This document shows, one piece after another, positions 18,760 through 47,500 of a stretch of DNA of 64,000 nucleotides. The notes beneath the pieces are model-generated. The model was not told where the DNA came from. It saw nothing but the letters and a program-made list of their open reading frames with translations, and searched no databases. Origin of the DNA: Camelus dromedarius. Taxonomy: Eukaryota. The position numbers and the translations under genes were made by a program. Position 1 is the stretch's first letter. Every line of letters begins with the position of its first letter. Location: the NCBI RefSeq assembly GCF_036321535.1, contig NC_087444.1:36952001-37016000 (forward strand), given 5' to 3'.

Positions 18760-18930
18760 ATCTAGTAGTTTTTGAAGGATGTGGTCTTTGGGTCACCTCC
18801 CTTCAGAGAGTTGGTTAAGATTACAGATTTCTGGGCCCCCATAGACCTGGTGAGTCAGAACCTTAGGCGTAGGCCCAGGAATCTGTATGTTTGACAAGCT
18901 CCCCGGTGATTTTGACACTGAGTTCTAAGA
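18760..18930. mobile_element. MER5A-like hAT-Charlie DNA transposon fossil
   Basis: cagatttctgggcccc...tgagtcagaacc...ggcccaggaatctgtatgtttgacaagctccccggtgatt is typical of MER5A. Confidence 0.7.
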
Positions 18931-19439
18931 ATGGCTGCCTGCCTCTCTAGCACCAGCCTCTACCTGGGCTCTGTACTTAAGTTCTTCTCTGGGCTGCTGG
19001 AGGAGCCTCCCAACAGGTCTTTGATCTCTAGGCTTTCTTCCTACCAATCCTTCCTCCGTGGGGGTTTTCACCCATCCTCCACCTGGCACCAGCTACATTT
19101 GAGCTCCCTAACACACATCACTGCCCACACTCTCTGGGTCACAGTTCTTCCAAGCCAGCTCTCTGCCACCCCCAAAACTCATCAGGGTGACCCACCCAAG
19201 CCTTTGTGTCCCTGGGTGGTCTCTCCCCAGCACATCGCCCACTGCTCCTTGCTTTTCATCATGTGTGCTCCAGGCGTCCTTTATTCGTGCTGCTCTTTCT
19301 ACCTGGAATGCACCCACACAACTTCAGCTGTGTTGTCAGAGCTCTTACACACACACATACACACTCCTCCCAAAGCCCTCCCAGATCTCCTCAAAGCCCC
19401 ACAATACTTTCCATCCTCTTTGCCTTGTAATATAAGACC

Positions 19440-19640
19440 AGTGATGATAAAAGTGTATGGTCCCTTACCATGGGCCAGGCTCTATACTAGGTTCTTCTCA
19501 TTTTATCATATAATTCTGACCGCAGCCTTAAGAAATAAGTATGATTATTACCTCATTTTAAAGATAAAGACCCTGGGGCTCAAAGAGAGTATGTAACATA
19601 CCTAAGATAACATAGCCAGTGAGTGACAGGTGGTACTTCT
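19440..19640 (-). mobile_element. MIR SINE
   Basis: Core attacctcattttaaagataaagaccctggggctcaaagag...aacatacctaagataacatagccagt. Confidence 0.6.
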
Positions 19641-19769
19641 AGGTCTTATCACTACCAACCATAAGCAACGTAAGGGAAAAGCCTAAGTCACTCTTTCTTC
19701 ACATCTTCCTGATGCATAACATAGAAGAAGTGTTTGTTGACTAAATTTGTAACCTTTGCAGTGTGTTGA

Positions 19770-20010
19770 GTCCTTCAGATCTATAAGGACAGAAAACTGG
19801 CTGGTAATTACCTTGGGCAAGGCAGGGGGTGAGGCATGACTGCTGATGGGTACAGGATTTCTTTGGGGGATGATGAAAATGTTCTAAACTTAAATTGTGG
19901 TGAGGGTTGCATAACTCAGTGAATATATTAAAAACCACTGAACTGTGTATTTTAAGTGGATAAATTTTATGGTACGTATGTTATGCTTCAATGGATAGGT
20001 ATGTTTTTAA
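19770..20010 (+). mobile_element. Old L1 (L1MA/MB-like) 3' end
   Basis: gggtacaggatttctttgggggatgatgaaaatgttctaaacttaaattgtggtgagggttgcataactcagtgaatatattaaaaaccactgaactg is a characteristic L1M 3'UTR. Confidence 0.75.
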
Positions 20011-20595
20011 AAATCCTCCAGCACAATGGGAATTGAATCTGAGTCAGCTGTTATTAGGGATTTCTATCCCTAGATGTTTCTGGACCCCACGCCATCCAAT
20101 TTGTATCGGAAACACTCAAGGTAACCAGCACCCTTGAGATTGTCCTCCTATCTGCCATGTGCAGACACTTCTGTTCATATGCCCTACACCTGTCTCCAGG
20201 TGTTTAATGAAGGCTTATCCTGTCCCAGTGTGTGGTAGTTGCATCTTTGGACACCTTGGCACCTGACCTCTGAGATGTCTTTCCCTGTAGGCCTTCCCCG
20301 TCTTGTGGATCCCCAGCTCTGTGACCCTGTGCAATACAACAATCCCCTGGACTGCCACTGCAGGCCTCCTGTAAGGTGACATATTGGGAAGGTATGGGAG
20401 AGGAGGGAGGGAGGGCCACACGGCCTCATAGCCCTTCCCAGGACCCCTGCCCCTGCTCCATTGTCTCTCCCAGAATCCCTGGGGCAGACAGTTGGAAGTT
20501 TTCATCTCCTTCACCAGATGCCCCTGTTGCCCCCTACTCCCACCCCTAGAACCCCCAGACACATGGACACAGGACACACATCCATTGGAGAAATG

Positions 20596-20601
20596 TTTAA
20601 T
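20596..20601 (-). terminator. Probable SLC9A5 poly(A) signal (ATTAAA on minus strand)
   Basis: TTTAAT on plus, about 900 nt past the stop. Variant hexamer; a second ATTAAA lies near 20205. Confidence 0.55.
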
Positions 20602-21510
20602 GTATCTTACGTTCAAGGTACAAAAATACAAGACAGGTGCTAACCTCAGGAAAGTCACTTGCCTCCCAGTCAGCCCCCAGAGCAATGAAGCAGTGGCCCT
20701 GGGATACCTGGCTCCTTTCCTGTTTGGGAAATAACAAGATGATAATGTGGGAGCCCAGAGGCTACCATCTACCCTCCTGAGAAAACTCAGACCCAAGATT
20801 CTGAAAGGTCCAGACTTGGACACAGAGCAGCAGATCCCAGAGTGACCCCAGCTGAGAAGCAGCCCTGATCTGAAGCTTGGCCCAGCCCTGTGGCCTTAGT
20901 CCTGGAAAAGAGGAACAGTTGCCTCAATTACTGGCAGCAAAGGGAAGGAGATAAAGCAAGAAGTAGAGACAGATTCCCAGTGCCCTAAACAAATTGGCTA
21001 TGGGTAGCTGACCCAACAGGGCAGCATAGCCCATGGTTCAGGCCTCCTGCACCTCCCACCCCAGTCCCTCTGAGAACCAGCCCCTCACTGGTCCAGTGCC
21101 ATGGAGCCTTACCGCCAGGGCACTGTCCTTGAGCTGGTGCTGGGGAATGGGTGGAGGGCAGGAAAGGCCAGCAGCAGCTGAGGAATGATGCCCTTGCTTT
21201 GGGGGTAGGAACAACTGCCTAGAGTGACCCCAAGAGGACCCACTGGGGAAGAGGCATCAGCTACCCACATCTCAGGGGCTAGGCCCTAGAAGCTCTGGAC
21301 TGGGTCTTTTGCCAGGGTAAGGGCATTACTGAAAGGGAAGGTGGCAGGAGTTGGGAGCAGAGAGAATGGTGAAAAGGGTCCCTGTGAGGACCAGCCCCAA
21401 GGGAGCCCAGTTGCTACTTCAGTCCAGGCCCCCCATGTCAGGCTGAGTGGGCTCCTCTGCCCATTATGCAGGGAACACTTCCTATGGGGGCTCCTCCCTG
21501 GGTCCCTGGG

Positions 21511-39029
<17,519 letters not shown>

Positions 39030-40299
39030 CCTGCCGCCTGCCTAGCCGCCCTCCCGGCACCGCACGGCCGCCGGCTCGGCGTCGCCGCCGCCGCCGCCTA
39101 CCGCCGCCCCCGCGTCACGGGCACGTGGGGTCCGCTACCCCCAATCCCGGCTCCGATACCCCTAAACTAGATCCGGACTCCGAGACCCTGCCCCGGGCGT
39201 CTGTAGTCTGGACGCCCGGTTCTCCGCTCTAAACCAGTCTCGGCTCTGGAAATTCCCGAGTGCAGCCTTCCCCCAAGTCCTGCAACCTATTCTTTCAAGT
39301 CCGCTCCCCCAGACCTTCCCCGACTGGGATTCAGAGATGTGAGCGGCCACAGTCCTCCAGGGGCACCAATGCGTCCCACCCGCCAGAGGTAGCAGTCAGC
39401 CGCGGGAATGTCGGGGGTCCGGGGGGCGGAGTCCAGCAGGGAGGGGCGCGGCCCCGCCACCGCAAATGCAGCGGGCAACCAGGAGCTGGCCCCGGCGCTG
39501 CCGGGAGCAGACTGCAGGGGGCAGTGCGCCGCCGCCCTCCGCGAGGCACTCTGGAGCCTGAGACCCCACTTCGGGCCCCAGCTTAAACCAGAGCTGCGCA
39601 CGCGCATTGAGCCCTTTTAGAAAGCCGTGAGACAACTGTCCCTATCGTCCCCAGAAACCGCAAGGCCCAGCTCATTCCAGGCTGAGGTGGCTGTTCCTCT
39701 TCATCTACCGAACCGAGGGGGCACCTGGCCTCCCTTTCCCTTAAACTATAGTGAAGTCTTTTCACCTTTTCCATGAGACTCAATGAAAGGAATGTTTCTT
39801 CTTCCCTAAACCGTGGTAACCCCAGCAAATCGATTCCCTTCAAATTAAGACGGATCCTCCCAACTTTTTCCCCAAACCTGAGGGGGCATTTGGTTTATCT
39901 CTCCCCAACCTGGGGAGGACCGTTTCCACTTTTCATTGAAGCTGAGGGGCAACCCACCCCAGTTCTTCCCCAAAACTGCAGTTAACATTTTCTACCTCCT
40001 CCTTCAAACTGAGTTATCCCATCCTTTTCCCAGAATGAGGAACACCCGCCTCTCTTCCTCTAACTAGAGGTAAATGATCCCACTTCTTCAAGTTAAATGT
40101 AATATGTTTTTACTTCCTGCTCCAAACTGAAAGGGACCCATCTCCCTCCTTTCCCCAAAAGAGGGAAACCTATCCACTTCATCCACTCAAGGAATCAGGA
40201 CATTCTCGTCCTAAACTAAGGGGGACCTGGCTGGCCACTATCTGAAGAAACTTAACACCCTGCCTTGCCCTAACAATCCCTCAGGAGAGCGCAGCCTAA

Positions 40300-41560
40300 T
40301 CGCCCCCAAACACGAAGAAAGCCTCCCCGCCCTCTGCGCGTTCTCGAAGCAGGGGCGCGAGCTCGGGTTTTCCCGCCCGAGTAGCCAGTGAACTAACGGG
40401 ATCACCATCACGCCCTCTGAGTGGCTGGCGGTAAGCTCAGCCACCGGTAGTGGTTACCCCCACCCTGCGCGCGCGCGTCCGGAGACTACTATTGGCTCCA
40501 CCCCTTTCCTCGGCCCTGCCTCCGCCTGGCTCCGCCCCTCTGCTTCGGAGTCCCGTCCGGCCCCGCCCAGACAGCAGAGCTAGTTGGATAGACTCCGCGG
40601 CGGGGCCGAGACCCACCGGAGGCGCGCGGCACGAGCCAGTGGCCGAGCCATGGCTGGCGGGGAAGACCGTGGGGACGGGGAACCAGTATCAGTGGTGACC
40701 GTGCGGGTGCAGTACCTAGAGGACACCGACCCTTTCGCATGTGCCAACTTCCCGGAGCCTCGCCGGGCCCCCACCTGCAGCTTGGACGGGGCGCTGCCCC
40801 TGGGCGTGCAGATACCCGCGCTGCACCGCCTGCTGGGGGCGCCGCTCAAGGTGAGGGGAGCCGGAGTAACGCTGAGGGCGACCGAGGGTTCAGGGTCGGC
40901 GTCATGAAACCCTTTGAGCACCCCTCGAGGAGAGACTGGAGCGGGTCCGCTCCTCCAGGGAAGTTTTGGGCTGGGGATCCAAGGTCCTCATTGTCCCACT
41001 TGCGGGGGACGCCTCTCAAGTCGAGGGAAGCTGAGTAAAGGAGATGGGAGCTCGTGGTCTGCGATACCCAGCTGTCTCTCGAAATGAGGCCCACCTGGGA
41101 AAGCGGTCGGGGTCCGCTCGCTGCCTGTCTGCTCGATTAATTGCTCTGGAAAGTGGCGGTAGGTGTTTGAGCGGTAGCGGACCTAGGAGGCGGAACTGGG
41201 GATAGACCAGCTTTCACCTGCTTCAGGTATGGTGGGGGCGGGACCACGAGAAGGGGCGGACCCGGGGCGGGCCACTAAAGGTGGCTGGAGGCTGGATTGG
41301 GTCCTGCCGGATTGAGGGTTTTCCCTGCAGGTGGAGGCCCGGCTTGGGAGTGCCGGCGGAGAAGAGATTTAACGGGGTGAGGGGAGTCCCCAGGAAGCGG
41401 CCAGGTTCGGAACACGCTGAGCGCAGGAGGCTGCACTGGTGGAAAAAGCCCTCTGAGTCACCGCCTCACTGTCCCGTACAGCCTCCGCCGCCATCGGCCG
41501 AGGGCTGGAAGGGAGGGAGCGGGCCCGGCTAATTTTAAACCGCCGGCCTACCCTAGTTTG
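40300..41560. promoter_or_regulatory. CpG island / FHOD1 promoter, divergent from SLC9A5
   Basis: CpG-dense; inverted CCAAT box (ATTGG 40491-40495), E2F-like TTTTCCCGC near 40368, (GC)n run near 40466, GC boxes; ATG at 40650. Confidence 0.8.
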
Positions 41561-44500
41561 CCTCCTCCCCATGGCCGACTCGTACACAGTGCCGGGAGAG
41601 GCCCTTTTCCAGATGGCCGGCTCTTACCTCCCCTCCTGCTCTCCAAGCTCAGCCTCCCGCAGGCACTCCTTTCCGGAGCACTTCGTTTCCGGGCCAGAAC
41701 TCTGAGAGGCACACTACCAATCCCTTGGGGCGCCCCGCAAGCCAGTCCGCACCAAGAAAGAGTTGATGGAGGTGCCCTCCGATGCTCCCAGGCTTAGCTG
41801 GGTGCTGAGTTGCGCAAACTTGTCCCCCATCCCTGCCCGGGGTCTCCCCTGGAATGTGCCCCAAGCGCCGGGCCCCCGGCCTGCATTCCTAGCGCTGCGG
41901 GCCAGCCACGCCTCCCAGCGCGGGCGGGAGAGGTGGTAAGACTATTGGCCTGGGGAGTCGCACGTGTCTGAGTGGAGCCTAGGCTTCAAGGACAAGGATT
42001 GAAGATTGCAGCATATTACCCTCTCCAGAGTTGATGCAACCCCTCCTTGCCCTGCCCTGTTCAAAAGGGCAAACTGAAGTGGACCTAGAAGAAGCATGTT
42101 CAGCTAGAGGCCACCTGGATAGAGAGGGGTGCTGAACTGAGGCCAGGTTCCTGCCTCCAGGCTCTTAAAACTCCTAGTACTGAAATAAACCTGGAGCACT
42201 ACAGAGAACATGTTTTTCTCCCACCCACCACTGAGGGACAGGATTTAGCGCTAACATTCCTCTTCCCAATGAGGGGCAGGTTTGGGACGTCAGCTACAGG
42301 GAAGAGGCTCAGAACTACCCCTTATCTCTCCCCCTCATGTAGAGACCCACCACCACCACCCCTCATCAGATGCTCTGTCCTCTGTTCTCTGCTCCCTAGC
42401 TGAGGGCACTACTGAGTTCAGATATGTTAAGTTCGCCCTGCCCCTCCAACTTGGTCCTTCCTGTTCTCACTTTCAGGATCTCCCACCTGGTGTACCTGAG
42501 GACTGTCATATTCCCCACAGTCAGGATATAGCGGCAGACACTGGGTTACCACTGTGCCTGGAGCCAGGACTCCCTGGGGTTGGCAGCTCTGCCAGGAATG
42601 GTCAGATGCACTGTGTTGTGCTCATCCCAAATATAAACTGTGACCACAGTCCCAGAATAGAAGCCTGGAGGAAGAAGGGCTGAGAATAGGGTAGGGGCAG
42701 GGACATCAGAGAGCTGAGGGAGGGGGAGCAGGACCCCTTCTTGTAAGAAATATCAGTAGCTGGTTCCTCCTCTAGTCCTATAAGTGGGTGCCCCAGGGGC
42801 TCAGACATGACTCAGGCCTTCCTCCACAGCCCTCTAGAGGGGCGAGGTAGCCCAGAAACCTAGGCATCCCCATCTCAGTCTGTAGAGCAGAAATAAGAGG
42901 GAGGGGTTCTCTACTCACTGCCTCATCTTCTGCCCAGTTGTCCAGAGGGTCAACGGGACACAGCCAAGTGACCTCTGCCCTCCCACTCTGGGCACTGACC
43001 CCCATCATCCTTGCAGACCCTGCCTGTTCCCTGGGAATGTACAGAGGCCCAGCCCACTTTCTCTCTGGGGCTCCACCCCACACACCCCATTGGGCTGGGG
43101 CTAGTCTCTAGAGTTCCCCTGGGGCTTCCTTTTTAAAGGACTCAGAGCTTTCAGGTCTGAGAAGGCCTTGCTCATTTCCTCCCAGTCTAGGAGGAAGCTC
43201 CTGGCCACAGCCTCTGACTCATCTCCTGGCCCTGGGGGATGGGGGTGGGGGGGTGGCATGGTTGTCCTGGCAGTGCCTTGGGCCATGCATGGTGTCCCCA
43301 GGGGAACTCAGGAGTATCTGTCTCCTCTTTGTGCAGGAGCCTCACTCAGCCCATGGACCTGCCCCTGCCCTAGGGGAGAGCCTGGCCTTCTAGCCTTGCA
43401 TCTCACCTCTTTACCCAGAGCTGCCCAGTCCCACCTCCCTGCTACCTTTTGGCTTTCTAGGCCTGCTTCAGGAGCCTCTGCCTGGTATCCAAAGGCCCTG
43501 CCACATCTGGGATAGCACAGATTTCTTGCTCCCTGGGCTTTGGGCAGAGGGACCTGAGTGCTGCTCTTACCCTGTTGTAAAGGCCAGAGGAACCCACTGC
43601 TCCTAGCAGCAGAGATAGCCCTAGAAATCTGTTCATTACCAGCAACTTTGTTTCCCCAGCTGTGGCTAAAGATTAGAGTGGAACAGAGGTGGCACATGTT
43701 TCATGATCTTGCCCCTCCCTACTCCAGCCTCAATTTACCCCTCAGGAGCAGATGTGGCAAAGGGGCTAAAGTGTGAACTTGACCTTCTGGGACAGGGAAC
43801 AACTGGAGGGGTTCCCAGGGGATTCTTAAGGGTAAGACTGGGTGCTCTGGTGATGAACTGAGCCCTTTTTTCTTCTGATAGGGAGGTCTCTTTGGGAGAC
43901 TATACAGGATTGTGATATGGGTATGAGTCATGGCCTCCCAGCTTTCCCTAGGGCCAGCATGTCCAATTTGCTGGTCATTCTGGGCTGTAGCCTGTCAAGC
44001 AACCCCATGACCTTGATCCTGGCAGAAGTAGGCACTGTTACCCCAGCGTGTATGATGTGTGTGTGTTCATTCGTGTTCCCTCGCTGGAACTGGGAGGACC
44101 AGTTTGGGGTATTTGCACAGTCCAGAAAGCTGAGGGCCAGTCTCCAGCCCTTGGCAACCCTACAGGCCCTAGTCCTCACTCCACCTCCCCTCCAGTGTTC
44201 CCTGGAACACTTCCAAAGGCCCAAGATCTAGGTCAGTTAGCCCTGGTTCCATTCCTAGTTGTGCAGCCTAAGGCAAATTCACTGAATTTTTAAGACTTGG
44301 TTTCCTCACCTGTAAAAGGATTATTGGGAGAATCTAAGGAACCAGGTTGCCCAGTGTGTGACACAGAGGAGGCATAACAAATGAGGGCTTCCCTCCTCAA
44401 GGCCCATTCATATCATCTCATCCAGGAAGCCAAGCCCCAGTTGGAGACCCAAGATAAAAGGGAAGGAAGGTCATTTTTAGGAAAGGAGAAGAAAAAGGTA

Positions 44501-47500
44501 ATTAACAAATTATTTTCTAGAATGAGTCCATCAGCATATAATTCTGCCCTCTTCTCATTTCCCCGCCCCTGCCATGTTCATTCTTACCTGAATGAAAAAT
44601 ATTGGGGAGTAGACACCATGGTCCCCTAAGCTTGGCCCTGCATGTAAAACCATATGTAACAGGTTGGTCTTGGCCTGCCAGAAAAGCCTGAGCCCAAGGA
44701 ATCAAGAGAAAAGTGGGCTGGGGCAAGGGGTAGGGGATTAAGAGGTACAAACTATTATGTATAAAATAAATAAGCTACAAGGGTAAAATAAATAAGCTAC
44801 AAGGGTATGTTGACAGCACAGGGAATATAGCCAGTATTTTATAATAACTTTAAATGGAGTATAATCTTTAAAAATTGTGAATCACTATGTTGCATACCTG
44901 AAACTTACATAACATTGTAAATCAACTATACCTTAATAAAAATAAATAAATAGAGAAAAGTGAGCTGGAGACTGAAGTGAGGGGCCAAGCCCGGGAAGAA
45001 TGGAGGAAAGACTCCACCCCAAGACCGACATCAGAGAAGTGAGGAAGACAAGAGCCAGGAGGGAGTCAGGGTTGTAGGCCCTGTGCTGACCCCAACCATT
45101 GTCAGCAGGCACCAGGGTTTGGGCTTAGTCCAGCCTGGCCCAGCCCCAGGGTGTGAGAAACAAGGCCCAGAGGTTTGGCTCTAAAAAGAGTGACCCCAGG
45201 AAGGGGCCAAGAGTGTGAGGGACAAGCAGCACCCAGCTGGCAGGAAGTCCCTGCTCTTTGCAGCTTGCCTGACCCTAACCCTTCCCCACCCCACCCCCAT
45301 CTCCACCCAGGACAGACAGCTGAGGGCAGGAGACACCATCCATCATCTGAAGGCTTTGGTCTGGCTGTTACCTCTGGGCCCCCTCCCCAGAAATGGGGCC
45401 CTGGCAGGATAAGACAGGTGAAGTGGCTAGGGAGGCCACTGCTACCACCATGGAGGAAAAGAGGTTCAATCTGCTCATCTGAGCAGACTAGGGGTGGTGG
45501 AGTATTTAGTCTTCAGGACTCTGCCCCAAATAGACACAGGCAGCCCAGGTATTCTGGAAGGAGAGGGCCATTCTTGGCTTACCTGGGATTAGAGCCTACA
45601 AGTGTGCATGCACAAGGGGAAGAGAGCTTGCTGGGCCTGAGCTTTCTGTTGGTATGCTTCTTGCCTGTGCCAGTAAGCATATGTGTACCTACCTGACCAT
45701 ATACTTGGATGTGTAAGTCGCTATCAGGTGTAATCTACTTACCCCTCCAGTGTTTACCTTTACAGCTCTCCACCCCTCCCCTTTCTCAGCATTTGTGCCT
45801 CTCTGTTTATTTGTGGCCTTTCTCTGAGTCAAGCCTGCCTGCCTCCACCACTGGGTTGGAAGACAGGGAAGGCAGAGTGGTGTCTTGTTCCCTGCTCTGT
45901 CCTCAGCACCTAAAACCAGCCTGGTTCATGAATGTTTTTTGGGTTTGGGGGTGGGTGGGAATTAGGTTGATTTATTTATTTAATGGAGATATTGGGGATG
46001 GAACCCAGGCCCTCATGCATGCTAAGCATGCTCTCTACCACTGTGCTATACCCTCCCCCCCATGAATGTTTGAATGAATGAGCTATTCTATCTATGTGTG
46101 ATTTGGGGGATCCCTGAGGGGATTTGTGGCTCTGGGGAAGATGTGTTTCACTAGGGTCCCAGAGTCCTCCAGTCCAAGGTGGAAGGAGATGTAACTGTGC
46201 CTGGCTGGGGGCAGGGTGGGCAGGCTGCTGAGTCACCGTGTGGGAAGAGGGATCAGGAGGAATGCGGGGCTGCCCTCAGCTGAACCGGCCCTGGAAGAAG
46301 TACCCCAGCCCTGGGGCCTTGCTGCCCCATCTCAGGGCCTGTTCCCAGTAGGCCCTGGAGAGGATGACTCTGCTCCCAGGGAGGAGAGAGAGACCAGGCC
46401 CGCCCAAGTTGCCCAGGGGAGGGCAGGCAGCCAAGCAGGAAGTGGGACAGAGAACAGGCTGGAGTGTTTGTCCTATGTCCCATGTCCCAGTGCAGGAGCC
46501 AGGACAGGGGCAGGGGGAGGGGATGGTCACCCAAGGGCCTTACAGGCTGAACTGCCAAGAAGGAGCCGGGTCAGGCTCTCAGGCATGAGCAGGGGTACTA
46601 AGCAGAAGCAGGGTAGGGGCAGGAACTGGACTCCCTTCATCCCAGGGGACCAAGGGCAGCTGGAAGCCCTTGGGCTGGTTCCAGAGCAGGGCAGGGCTGA
46701 CAGAAGAGCAGGACAAATGTTGGAGTTGACTTTCCCAGTAAGATGGAGACCAGAAGACACACTGCCTCTCCAGACATGGGCTCTCCCTGGGCCTCTCAAG
46801 GAATGGGAGCACTCAAGTCAAGGGAACTTTGCTGAGCCCTGCACGTGCACTGTGCTATGGAGGAGGTGTCAGGGAGAGGCACGGTGCTGCCCTTAGACTG
46901 TCCTAAGTCACCTTACCAGGCTTCTTCACAGGCACTTCTCAAGCAGCCAAGTGTCATGTGTTATGGTGTTGGTGATGGTGGGAAGCCAGGCTCAGTGGGG
47001 AGGTGACATGTAAAGTGGACTCATGGATGGAGTGTGTGCCTCCTTGTTACAATGCAGGTTTCAGGGACTGTAGGCTGACTGAGTCAGACTCTAAAATCTG
47101 GTGTTTAATAGGCCCCTTGGAGGCCTCTGAGGTCCACCTAGGACCACGGTAACTGTAGCCCACTTGGGGGTAGGGCAAAGACCCTCAGGCCTGGAGGGAC
47201 TGGGAACCTGTTGATTAGCCCCTCCTCCTCACCCTCTTAACTCAGGAGGACACACATCCCCCCTCTCAGCTGGGTTTGCTCCTCCCAGCCTCTTGACACT
47301 TTCTCCCTGGACTTGGTTGCTTCGTGGCTGCAACTTACCACCCCACAAGGCTGTGAATTTCCTTGAATGCAGGAACTTCCTCCCATCTTCTCTCCATTCC
47401 CTTTCCTCATTCATGTTCATTAGCTCAACAACCATTTAGGGAGAACTTACTGTGTGCCGAGTGCTATAATAGACTCTGTGGATATAGCTTGGGCAAGCAG

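Noticed and set aside
18931-19596. 221-aa plus-strand intergenic ORF
   Set aside because: Overlaps decayed repeat sequence including a MIR; no recognisable motif or splice structure.
45938-46060. Possible tRNA gene (A/B boxes, tRNA-like 5' part)
   Set aside because: Has a SINE tail and target-site duplication and a second diverged copy; it is a tRNA-derived SINE, not a tRNA.
46216-46896. 226-aa ORF in FHOD1 intron 1
   Set aside because: GTG start, GC-rich intron, no domain similarity; consistent with chance.
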